NCBI GenBank assembly: GCA_963662465.1
Contig: OY759599.1
Span: 832,001 to 896,000 of the forward strand
DNA length: 64,000 nucleotides
Source of the DNA: Desulfatiglandales bacterium
GTDB taxonomy: Bacteria > Desulfobacterota > DSM-4660 > Desulfatiglandales > Desulfatiglandaceae
Direction: 5' to 3'
Shown: positions 8,915-18,613 of the stretch, piece by piece
Numbering within the stretch: the first letter of the stretch is position 1
How the letters are laid out: each line of letters starts with the position of its first letter
The notes under the pieces: generated by a model
Database searches by the model: none
What the model saw: only the letters and a program-made list of their open reading frames with translations
Told to the model about the DNA's origin: nothing
Made by a program: the position numbers and the translations under genes

Positions 8915-11182
8915 ATGATTGTCAAAACAGAAAAAATTAGCGACCTATCCATATGGACCGAGCGGGATTGGAAGGAAAAAATCACTGTTACGGTTTATCA
9001 TGAGTATCGTCCTGTCGTCAGTTTCGATCCTGGGAAGATAAATGATAGGAGACTCGCTGCCGTACAACTTGTCGAGCTTGGTTATTGTAAAAACCGGGTT
9101 GCCGGTAAAATCTGTGGGTTTCACCGCAATACGGTTGGCAAACTGCTTCGCACCAAAAGACTTTTAGGTGTTGAGGCCATATTTGAGGACAACCGTGGTC
9201 CCAAGGCTCCCTGGAAATATATTGGCAGCATTCGCAAAACCATCAAAAAACTTATCCGCGAGAATCCTGACTGGACTGACCAGCAGATTGCAAATGCCGC
9301 GGAAAAGCAAACTGAAACGACTATTTCGAGAAGTGCTGTAGCTCGTATCAGAACCGCGGACCAAGATGCAGAAACTGAAAAGCCTACAAAGCATGACTTG
9401 GAGCAACTGGCTAAAATTGCGGATAGTATTGATTTGAAGCAACACGACGAGCGACAGCTTTCTTTCAACTTTGAGGCTGATTCTGAGTTCAAAAAGAAGG
9501 TAGATGAATTTGCTGATGAGGATACACCCAAGCCACAAACCGATACAGATAAAGTATTCCTGGATTATCTTCAACAGGGACAACGCAATGTCTTTGCCGG
9601 CATGCTTCTTCACCATCTGTTTTTAGATCATATCAACTTCCCAAATGCCTTTGATTTGCCTTCTTATTCCAATAATATGTATGATAATTATGAAGTGATG
9701 GAAACTGTCCTTTTCGGGTTGAACATCGGGTTGCCATCTATCGAATCCCATAAGCTGGTCAACAGTAGGGACATGGGGCTTTTGCTGGGACGAACCAGTT
9801 CCCCCGATGAGACCACTATTCGGTTGCGTTTAAAACAGATGGCCGAGTTCAAGCCCTCAGAGAGCCTGATAGATTATTTCGCAAACCTGTTTCTATCGTT
9901 GGGGTTCATCAACCCAGAGGTGTTTTTTATCGATGGGCACTTCCTTCCCTATTATGGACTGAAAGTTCTATCCAAAGGCTACCATACCGTGAGACGAATT
10001 GTCATGAAAGGAAACGAGATTTATGTTGTCAGCGACCTTGACGGGAAGCCTTTCTTTTCAATTACCGAAGGGTGTGATATCGATTTCAGGCCGATCATCA
10101 TAAGAGCGGCCGACAAGATAATCAGCCTGGGTGTCGACCGCCCCATTGTGGTTTTTGATCGCGGTGGTTATGGTGTTCACTTTTTCAGTCAATTATCGAC
10201 AAGGGCTGACTTTATTACGTGGGCCAGGTATGTGAAAAAAGATGAATTGAAAGACTTGGAATATACGAGCTGCTTGATGTTTAATGGGAAAAGATATCTC
10301 ATTGCCGAGAAAACAAAACTGATTCGTGAATCGATTTCTACAGCTGCCAAAGAAGGCCGAACAGAGGCAACTTCGACAGAAGTACGTATGGTTGTTTTCA
10401 AGGAATTGGACAAGGATAGACCTGTGGCAATATATACCAGCAATCATCAAAAGCCTGCTCCTGATATTGCCGCATATATGCTTTCACGATGGGGAGAGTC
10501 TGAAAACTTTTTCAAAGAGATGATGTCCCTGTACAACTTCAATTATCATCCCGGTTATGATCTTAAAGAACTTGAAGAACAGCCTCTTGTAGATAATCCT
10601 GAGGTAAAAACAATCAAAAAAACGATCAAGGGAATTAAACAAAAGATGGGGCAATTGGCGCTTGCAAAACAACAAACAGAGTCCAAAATAGAAGCACGAA
10701 AAGATCTTCGTCTTAAAAAAAAGCTAAACACGCTCCAGGAAGAGATAGAGAAATACGACAAAGAGCTTGACGGTTTTCAGGCAGCCTTAAAAGAAATGCC
10801 TGACAAAGTATCGATAATTGAAGTGCTGAAAGGCAGACCAATGAACAAGGCAGATCTGGAGAAAAAGAAGCTCTACGACCTGATACAAATGATTGCCTTT
10901 CACTCACGCGAGCATCTGGTTGGCCTGTTCCGTTCATGTTATGATGATCCGCGGGATGTGAAACAGATCCTGACAAAGGTCACAAAACTCCCTGGTTATG
11001 TGAAATTAGTCGGGAAAACACTTGTTGTGCTTTTAGATTGGATAGAGGACAAAAAGCATCGGAAGGCAGCAACAAGATTTTGCCATCTGATAAACACTAT
11101 GTCGCCCAAATTGAGAGGTCGCATGGAGTTCGACCTTTATTTTCGCATCTCCTCAATCCCTCAAGTGGGTTATTGCTGTTAA
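8915..11182 (+). CDS. Large DDE transposase (IS4-superfamily-like)
   Basis: FFIDGH, VVFDRGGY and RWGESENFFK triad motifs; N-terminal HTH region; coiled-coil insert. Confidence 0.85.
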   Translation: MIVKTEKISDLSIWTERDWKEKITVTVYHEYRPVVSFDPGKINDRRLAAVQLVELGYCKNRVAGKICGFHRNTVGKLLRTKRLLGVEAIFEDNRGPKAPWKYIGSIRKTIKKLIRENPDWTDQQIANAAEKQTETTISRSAVARIRTADQDAETEKPTKHDLEQLAKIADSIDLKQHDERQLSFNFEADSEFKKKVDEFADEDTPKPQTDTDKVFLDYLQQGQRNVFAGMLLHHLFLDHINFPNAFDLPSYSNNMYDNYEVMETVLFGLNIGLPSIESHKLVNSRDMGLLLGRTSSPDETTIRLRLKQMAEFKPSESLIDYFANLFLSLGFINPEVFFIDGHFLPYYGLKVLSKGYHTVRRIVMKGNEIYVVSDLDGKPFFSITEGCDIDFRPIIIRAADKIISLGVDRPIVVFDRGGYGVHFFSQLSTRADFITWARYVKKDELKDLEYTSCLMFNGKRYLIAEKTKLIRESISTAAKEGRTEATSTEVRMVVFKELDKDRPVAIYTSNHQKPAPDIAAYMLSRWGESENFFKEMMSLYNFNYHPGYDLKELEEQPLVDNPEVKTIKKTIKGIKQKMGQLALAKQQTESKIEARKDLRLKKKLNTLQEEIEKYDKELDGFQAALKEMPDKVSIIEVLKGRPMNKADLEKKKLYDLIQMIAFHSREHLVGLFRSCYDDPRDVKQILTKVTKLPGYVKLVGKTLVVLLDWIEDKKHRKAATRFCHLINTMSPKLRGRMEFDLYFRISSIPQVGYCC

Positions 11183-11236
11183 AGCCTTGCTCATCGTTTC
11201 AGCCATCCTACGCAGGGTATCGTGTTTCGACCACAT

Positions 11237-11262
11237 GTAGGGGCGAAAAATCTTTCGCCCTA
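11237..11262 (+). repeat. GTAG-type REP-like palindrome, inside the IS
   Basis: gtaggggcgaaaaatctttcgcccta; relatives at 26047, 37205 and 40033. Confidence 0.7.
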
Positions 11263-12579
11263 ATGGCCGAAACAATGATCAAGGCCGCTGTTGAACTAAA
11301 TGCACAATTTGAATTGAGAAAAAACGTCATTTACTATGATGTCTGATTTTTGGACTGTTTCTCAAAAATGCTTTCAATGCACGCATCCATCAAGGCCGGA
11401 TCGGTTCCTCGAAATCCATAGATGGATTGTTTCTGGTCACCGACCCAGACTGTTTCTTTGGAGAGTGATGCCAGTTTTAGAAGGATGGCCAGCTGGATGG
11501 GACTGGTGTCCTGAAATTCATCAACGAGCAGGAGGTCTATGCTTCCTTTCAGGTGTTCTTGAACGGCCGGTTCGTCTAAAAGCGCCAGTGCCAGGACTTC
11601 CTGGTCTGAGAAATCCATCACGCCCCAAATCCGTTTGTGCTCCTGATATGCATTCAAGGTCCCAATGGCCGTATCAAACACCAGCGTTACCGCTTCAACC
11701 AGATCCTTCTTTAATTGCGGGTGCCTGTCATGGCGTGAGGCAACCTGGTTCAGTATCTCAATGTGTTCCTCTGATTTTTTGCCCACGTTCAGACGGTTCA
11801 ATCGCAACCAGTCAGACCAGGACAATGTTCGTCCCTGCCGAAGCATATTGAGGCAAGCAGTCGCCTTTTGAAGGGCACCGGCGGTAACTTTGGTGGTGTC
11901 CTCTTCTGTATCCACATTATTGATAAAGTCGGCAAGTGCGGATTCCAATTTTTTATCTGGATTTCCTTCTTTTCCAAGCGGTTTGCCCAGTAATTCCAAT
12001 ATGCTCTCGGTACTTATCTTTTTGGACGCTTCAAGCGCTTGGGTATCCAAAGCATTATAGCGGGCCAGTTTAATGACCGATTCCACGGTATCAACCCACT
12101 CAAAAGCTTCAAGTCGGCTTTTAAGGTCTGTAAATCGACTGGAGATACCCCCCGTCATCACTGAAGACATGGCGCGTTTTAACTCACGTTTTGCGGCTGT
12201 TTCGTCCAGGACCATCGTTTCGGGAAAAAGCCCTTTTTCAAACACAAAGTCCATTACCAGCCCGCTGCAGATGGAATTAACGGTGCCCAGGCGAGCTGCG
12301 GCCAATCGGTTGGCTTCACCCGTCAGCCCTTCTTTAATAAGCCGTTGCCGAACCCGCTCCTGCAATTCCGCGGCTGCCTTTTTGGTGAAAGTGGTGGCAA
12401 TCACCGCTTCCGGTCGGACTTTCTTAGAAGCGATTTTTTCCTGAAGGAGGGTGGATAACCGATAGGTCTTGCCGCTACCGGCACTGGCGGTAATGATGTG
12501 AATGTTTGTCATGACGCCTCTTTTAGTACCTTATCGCCTGGTTTACTGTCACAAAAAACAAGAAAATCGCTATATGGCA

Positions 12580-12749
12580 TCAGTTGTCAGTTGTCAGTTA
12601 TCAGTAAAAGCATACCCATAACATATTGAAAGTATTTGTACAAATCTGCACATAATTGTGAAGACCTCTTCCATACTTCCAAATCCTCAAATTTCAAAAT
12701 AACCTCCAGTGCTGACAACTGACAACTGACAACTGATAACTGACAACTG
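12580..12749 (-). other. Truncated four-helix-bundle (23S rRNA IVS-type) mini-gene flanked by inverted heptamer tandem repeats
   Basis: (cagttgt)n at 12580-12605 and (ctgacaa)n at 12712-12749; GGAGG RBS then TTG-KFEDLEVWKRSSQLCADLY at 12697-12587. Confidence 0.8.
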
Positions 12750-12779
12750 CGGCTCTGCCGCCTCAGATAGTTTGGGCAA

Positions 12780-15353
12780 TTAAGCACTGAAGGCCTGTCC
12801 GCAAAGAACGGAAAGGTCGCAAAACTTGCATGGTTCCAGGAAAATCCGGTCATCCACCAGTTCACTTTCGGGTGGGCCGTCAGGATCATTCCCACAGGCT
12901 TTGACGCTTCCTTTCCGCAACTCAGACCAGATTTGGTTAAAGCTGTTTTTGAAAGCGTTCCAGGTTTCCTTCGGCGTGGGGCCTTCAATCACGTGGGCAT
13001 CCGGAAAGGCTTCCGGATCAACCGTTATCAGATGCCCGGCTTTCAGCATCAGGTATGCCACAGGCGGAAATGCAGCAGCCTCTTTTTGGCGAACCAGATG
13101 ACCATAAACGGCCAGTTGCAGCCCGACACCTGAAGCCAGTTCACCATGCCTATAATTTACACCGCCTCGTTTAAAATCAATGACGGCTCCTGATTCCTGC
13201 AATACCAGATCAGGACGACCTTCAATCTCGATTCCTATGGAGCGTGCTTTAAGGCTGTATTCTTTTTCAACGGAACGTATGGTGAACCCTCCGGTCTGAA
13301 GCATTCGAAAGAGTTCCAGTGCGGCTGTTTTCACAGACCGTTTCACTTCAGCCCTTAGATCATCAAACCCGGGTTGAAAAAAGGAAGCGGCCAATCGTGG
13401 GCCTTCAGTGTCAAAAATGGACAGGGCCGTTTTTACGGCGGCGTCAGGCTTTTTGATATTCTGAAGCAGCGCCCGAAGCAGAATTTCATGTATCAGCCAC
13501 CCTTCAAGGGTTTCAGGGGAATCCAGAGTAGCGGTGGTGCCGCCCCAGACATTACCCAGATATTGAACCACCCATTTGAAGGGACACGAAACGAGGCTGG
13601 TAAGACTATTGGGGGATTCCTGCTTCCTCTTGGAAATCAAGTGAGGCCCCACTTTCCATTCCGCCACCGGTTCGGGAAGTGCTTTAAAATCCCGCTTTTT
13701 CTTTGCGGGACTTCGTTCGAAAATGAGTTTTTCCCGTTCCAGTTCCTTCAGCCTGGCGCTGTCTTTGACTTTTCCGGCCAATTCATCCCAGAGGGGGTGC
13801 GGGTACTGGGCTTCACCGTCGAGGCCTTGTCGGGGACAGACCAATATCAGATTTTTGCCGGCAAACATGAGAGGACGTTGCCATCTCTCCGCGGCCCAAA
13901 CGGCCTCATCTCCAGGGGTAGGTAGCAAAACGCCTTCTTTTCGAAGCGCTGCACGCTCCTGCGTGGTCAGCAGGTCCGAAGTTATACCGGGTGCCGTAGT
14001 TCGACTGAAAGACCACCAGATCACCTTCTCAGCTTCCCCTGTGATACATTCAGGCGCCCCCACTGTTGCCGGACCCGCCTGCGCTTCATAAAGCGGCACC
14101 GTTCCGCTGCCTTCGGTGATATCGTGAAGCATACGGCGGATCTGGGGGGCGGTAAAATGGGTCAGCCCTGAGATCTCAACGATTCGCCGGCAGTTTTCCA
14201 ACTGCGATGTCAGCGCCTGCCATTGATGGCCGGGTTCATCTTTCGGCATTCTTCCCCGGGTCCACGATCTTAAAAGATCGATACGGGCTTTGATTTCCGT
14301 TACCGGGTATCGATTGCCCGTAAAAATCGAGGCGAAGATGGTGCTAATCCTCTTTTTGAGCCGTTCACGGTCGCGCTCGTTTTCAATGGCGTCAAGACCC
14401 TTTTTAAGCGCCGAATTCCATTCATCAGAGCCGACAGCGGGGTATCTCTGGAGCGCACGGGAAAGCCTGCGGGCGATCCCCCGTGGAACCGGGCTGGTGG
14501 GCAATATGAGCAGTTCAAGCGCGCGCTGCGGGTCCGGCGGGTTCCAGCCCATGGCAAGGGTGAGGGGAAGGATTTGCAGCAGGGCATTATCAAAAACCGG
14601 AATCCCCGCGCCCGTTGTGGGCAGGCCAAAACGATAAAGCGCTTGATCCAGAATACTGTCGGGACCGATGATAACGGTTTTGTTCGCTTGCCTTCCCGTG
14701 GAAAGCCATGCAGCGATTTCGTTGGCCGCCGTGCCGCAGGTGGCGGGTCTCAGCAGCTGAATCGAGCCGTCGCCTTTGGGTTTGAATGACGATTTTGTGC
14801 ATGCTGCCAGATCGCCGGCGGATTTAACGGGTTTCAGTTTTTCTTCAATTATCTTTGTGCCGGCCTTTTTTAGAGACTGAATGGTCGTTTGTAAAACGGA
14901 AGGGAAACGATCAGGTGGTTCCAAAAGGGTCAGTTGTTGAACGGCGTTATTGCCGGACATGAGCGTTTCCGCCACCATCAAGAGACGGTCTGGAAATCCG
15001 GGAGATGCTTTTTCGGTAACTTCCGCAAGGTCCCCCAGCCGTGTGCTGACCGGTTGGAAGCGCCAGCCGTACATTCGAAGCTGATCCCGCCAATCCAGGA
15101 CTCTTTTGGCGGTTCCGAAAGGGTCCACCTGCGCGGAGCGGCTCCAGAATCCGGATACAGCGCGAATCGTTGAAACCAGTTCCGCGGCCCGCAAGGCGTT
15201 TGGGACGGGTGGACCGCTCAGACCAGTCATGGTTTCAAGCAGGCCCAGCAAGCCGGATGGGCCGAGCCAGATTTCCCCGGAAACAGCATTTCTATCCTGC
15301 AAGGGACCGGGCCAGTACCCGCTATCAAAAGCGGGGTCGAATGTAATTTTCAT
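12780..15353 (-). CDS. AddB-like PD-(D/E)XK nuclease, partner of the helicase
   Basis: C-terminal SPNSL..LVSCPF, EGRPDLV, VIDFKRG, QLAVY and CKFCD; lies directly upstream of the AddA-like gene. Confidence 0.85.
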   Translation of the reverse strand: MKITFDPAFDSGYWPGPLQDRNAVSGEIWLGPSGLLGLLETMTGLSGPPVPNALRAAELVSTIRAVSGFWSRSAQVDPFGTAKRVLDWRDQLRMYGWRFQPVSTRLGDLAEVTEKASPGFPDRLLMVAETLMSGNNAVQQLTLLEPPDRFPSVLQTTIQSLKKAGTKIIEEKLKPVKSAGDLAACTKSSFKPKGDGSIQLLRPATCGTAANEIAAWLSTGRQANKTVIIGPDSILDQALYRFGLPTTGAGIPVFDNALLQILPLTLAMGWNPPDPQRALELLILPTSPVPRGIARRLSRALQRYPAVGSDEWNSALKKGLDAIENERDRERLKKRISTIFASIFTGNRYPVTEIKARIDLLRSWTRGRMPKDEPGHQWQALTSQLENCRRIVEISGLTHFTAPQIRRMLHDITEGSGTVPLYEAQAGPATVGAPECITGEAEKVIWWSFSRTTAPGITSDLLTTQERAALRKEGVLLPTPGDEAVWAAERWQRPLMFAGKNLILVCPRQGLDGEAQYPHPLWDELAGKVKDSARLKELEREKLIFERSPAKKKRDFKALPEPVAEWKVGPHLISKRKQESPNSLTSLVSCPFKWVVQYLGNVWGGTTATLDSPETLEGWLIHEILLRALLQNIKKPDAAVKTALSIFDTEGPRLAASFFQPGFDDLRAEVKRSVKTAALELFRMLQTGGFTIRSVEKEYSLKARSIGIEIEGRPDLVLQESGAVIDFKRGGVNYRHGELASGVGLQLAVYGHLVRQKEAAAFPPVAYLMLKAGHLITVDPEAFPDAHVIEGPTPKETWNAFKNSFNQIWSELRKGSVKACGNDPDGPPESELVDDRIFLEPCKFCDLSVLCGQAFSA

Positions 15354-15445
15354 GATGCCTCGATTGGGAATTCATGCCAAGCAGATAAAAATAACGTCTC
15401 CAATCTGCAGCGTGGCTTATGACGTCTGCGGGGAATAGGCCTCCA

Positions 15446-16294
15446 TTAGATTGCCTTTCTACAATCCACGGTTGACGGGCCGTCCTCCAGATTGCCAACG
15501 ACCGGTTCCGCGCCGTAAAAGATCACATCAACCCTGTTGGTAACCCGTGAAAATGGCGGCATGTCCAAAAATCTGAACGTTGTCCGTTCAACTTTCAAAT
15601 CAGGGTTCTTTCTCGCTTCATGCTTTTCTGGAAGGTTTTCCATTTCTTCCGTTGTAAACTTACGATACACCCTATGCTTTTGGATAAATGTTCCTCGTTT
15701 AAAAAAGGCGGGATAATCATTCCAGTTTATACCTTTTTGCCATAGCATTTCCTGCATTTCGGTACCTTTCTTTCTGTAGAGTGCCTTATGCGAATAATAA
15801 CACCGAGCCGCCATGGAAATACTGTTTTTCGTAGCGTCTAATTCTCTCCACAAAAATGTATTGGCTGCCTCTTCCAATGTTGGGACCTGCCATGCGCGAC
15901 TATCAAACAGAGCAAGCCGGTTCTTTTTTTCAGGAATATATTCCGAAATATGCCCATTAAAATAGGCTGTTGCCATCGATGCCAGAATAGATACCATTTT
16001 TTGAATACGCCGGTCAAAAAATATCCGGCTTTTATATTCCCCGCTGTACCACACAAGGTTGATTTCATCTGACTGCGTATAGCCCATATTGGCTTGTGTC
16101 TCTTGCACAAGATAGCGGGTGGTTTGACACATCAAATCGACAAGGCGCTTGTCATAGGGGCGCTCCAGGCCTTTTGTAAATCGACTGAACGATTTCCCGT
16201 CGATACGTGCGCAGACAGGAAGTAATGGAAGAAAACGTCTTGCCCCTTCCACTCTTTCATATTCCTTCATTCTATCGCCAAAGTTTCCCATCAT
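15446..16294 (-). CDS. Thg1-like protein (tRNA-His guanylyltransferase / 3'-5' polymerase family)
   Basis: GDRMKEYE, ARIDGKSFSRFT, YTQSDEINL, FDSR, WRELDATKNS and INWNDYP motifs. Confidence 0.92.
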   Translation of the reverse strand: MMGNFGDRMKEYERVEGARRFLPLLPVCARIDGKSFSRFTKGLERPYDKRLVDLMCQTTRYLVQETQANMGYTQSDEINLVWYSGEYKSRIFFDRRIQKMVSILASMATAYFNGHISEYIPEKKNRLALFDSRAWQVPTLEEAANTFLWRELDATKNSISMAARCYYSHKALYRKKGTEMQEMLWQKGINWNDYPAFFKRGTFIQKHRVYRKFTTEEMENLPEKHEARKNPDLKVERTTFRFLDMPPFSRVTNRVDVIFYGAEPVVGNLEDGPSTVDCRKAI

Positions 16295-16306
16295 TCTTTC
16301 TCCAAC

Positions 16307-16326
16307 TTAATTTCAGCTGAAATTAA
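16307..16326. promoter_or_regulatory. Perfect 20-bp palindrome just upstream of the Thg1-like RBS
   Basis: ttaatttcagctgaaattaa equals its own reverse complement. Confidence 0.5.
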
Positions 16327-16433
16327 ACGCTATCTTCGCATCACTCTCAATACACATGGTTCAATCCGGCCCCTGGTCTATGGGAAAATGATCAGACCTA
16401 GCCCAACCCTCTTCCTTTTATTCCAACCTGCTT

Positions 16434-18613
16434 TCAAAGCCTTGGATCCACCGGCTCGCTTTCCAGTGCCAGCACGCCGAAAACTTCAGGTCGGTCACGG
16501 AATGGACCGGCCAGCAATACCGCCGATAGGCTTCGATGTAACCCTCAACCGATTTCTTCCGGCTTTCGATTTTGTCGAGCAGGTTCGGAAGGTCAAACTC
16601 AAAATTCAGGCTTTCCGATGGAACCCAAAACCCCGTTTCGAGGTCTGTACGGCCAAGTGTCTTTTTGAGCGCATCGGCGGCCGCGTCCAATGAAACCGTT
16701 GCCGCGGCGCCCACGGCGGCATATTGCGATTGAATCAGATCCCGGGCTTTTTCCGACCACGGCATGAGCTCACAATCAAGACATACCCATTTTGTCGAAA
16801 ACGCATCCCAGAATTTTGAAGCATTCAAGGCATTGGCCATTCGCTCCAGAAGTTCTTTTTCCATTTCCCGGCTATTGAAGAATCGTCGGCCCGTCCGGGT
16901 GTAAACGATGCCAACACCATCGTTTTCCACGCCAAAGTGTTTTGCCGCGGCCTCTTCGTTTTGACAGAGGACCACAACAGCGCGGGACCCCATGTGCTTT
17001 TCCTGGCATATCACCCTGGGGATGCCTTGTGATCGAAAATAGGCGAAACCTTCCTCCGGATACTCAAGATATCCTCCCTGTTGGCTGGTCTCGGTTGGAG
17101 ACATGGTCGGCGGCAAATATATGAGCCATTTTGGATTGGCCGCGAATCGGCTCATGACTTCAAGGGCAGCCATTGATTGTTCTTCCCTGATCGTCACGTT
17201 TCGGCGCAAACGCGTAGAGATGAACCGCTTTCTGATGACGTCTTCCGCTTCGAGCAAGTCGTCATATTTCTGCTGCACCGTCAATGGTGAATCAGCGTCC
17301 GCATCTGTTTTCAGGGAACGTACCGGCTCACAATACACTTTTTTTGCTTTGACTGAGACCATCTCCTTTTCAGGATACCGCAACGCTGTGAGCTGACCCC
17401 CAAACACACACCCGGTATCAATGTTGATGGTTCTGTTCAGCCATTCCGGTGTTGGAACGGGTGTATGGCCGTACACCACCGTAGTGTGTCCGCGGTATTC
17501 CGCCGCCCAGTTATATCGGACCGGCAACCCGAATTCGTCAGTCTCGCCCGTGCTTTCACCGAAGAGGCAGAAATCCCTGACCTTGCCGGACCCCCGCCCC
17601 TGCATTTCCTCCTTAAGCCCGGCATGTGCGACCACAAGTTTCGCATTATCGAGCAGGTAGTGGCTCACAAGCGCTCTGATAAATGTTTTCGTTTCCTCCA
17701 TAAAAGCGGACCGTGTATCCGTCGGAAGGGCATCTATTTCTTCAAGGGTTTCAGCGAGTCCGTGTGCCATTTGGACGTCCTTGCCGTTGAGTTTTTTCAT
17801 GAGTTTGATGTCATGATTGCCCGGCACACAAAGGGCGAAACCTGCCTTTACCATATTGAACACCAGTCTGATGGTATCGACGATTCTGTTGCCTCTGTCC
17901 ACGAAATCCCCGAGGAAAATGGCGGTGCGCCCTTCCGGGTGGGAAAAAACAGGCCCGGCCATGGGGCCTTCGTTGGTCCTTATGAAAACCGTGTAACCGA
18001 GCTTATCCAGCAATGCTGTCAGCTTATCATAGCAGCCGTGGATGTCCCCGATGATATCAAATGGCCCGTGCAGATCGGTTTTGTCGTTCCAAAGGGGAAC
18101 GCGCTCAACTGTGGCGCTGTTGACTTCCTCTTCGGAATTGATTTTCCATACCTGCCGGAAGCCTTCTCTTTTAAGCGCCTTTCGCCGTCGCCGCAACTGG
18201 GAATTCTGTTGGCGAATGACGCGCCTTCCGAAGTTCCTGTCAGGGCGGTCTTTGTTCCTCATTTGACAAAGATTCTCCGGCAAATCCAACACGATGGCCA
18301 CCGGAAGCACATGGTATTGCCGTGCCAATGCCACCAGTGGTTTGCGGGCCTCCATTTGGACGTTTGTGGCGTCAATAACCGTCAATTTGCCGGCTTCCAG
18401 CCGTTTGGCCGCAATGAAGTGCATGACTTCAAATGCCGCCGAAGTAACCGAGAGATCGTTCTCATCATCGGAAACAAGGGCGCGACAGTCATCTGATGAT
18501 ATCACCTCCGTCGGCAAAAAGTGCTTTCTCGCAAAGGATGACTTGCCGGCGCCGGAGACCCCTATCAGAACGACAAGCGACAGCTTGGGGAGCTTTATGT
18601 CAATTTGTTTCAT
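16434..18613 (-). pseudogene. pnkp: Bacterial polynucleotide kinase-phosphatase with an internal deletion in the ligase domain
   Basis: Kinase GVSGAGKS, phosphatase GDIHG/GDFVDRG/GNHD, ligase motif I EKHMGSR; after DLK the sequence jumps out of frame to the conserved terminus VFGVLALESEPVDPRL*. Confidence 0.92.

Larger units (their letters stand above)
8726..11355 (+). mobile_element. Insertion sequence of about 2.63 kb with imperfect terminal inverted repeats and an apparent 2-bp TG duplication
   Basis: Left end gtccttatttttcagagttcctggtaaatgac; right end (reverse complement) gtccaaaaatcagacatcatagtaaatgac; removal gives in-frame EKHSPETL. Confidence 0.8.
8039..12512 (-). pseudogene. UvrD/AddA-like helicase split by an IS and lacking its C-terminal part
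   Basis: ASAGSGKT, TFTKKAAAEL, VDEFQD and VGDQKQSIYGFRG in 11356-12512; SWRSRP and DIGILCRTN in 8039-8725; the frame is restored by removing the IS. Confidence 0.9.

Noticed and set aside
12587..12988. 133-aa ORF with SCQLSVV repeats as a real protein
   Set aside because: It overlaps the nuclease gene and merely translates the heptamer DNA array; only the last 36 codons are gene-derived
16350..16385. ggttcaatcc T-arm-like motif suggesting a tRNA or Y-RNA in the repair operon
   Set aside because: Loop length is wrong and no acceptor, D or anticodon arms can be built
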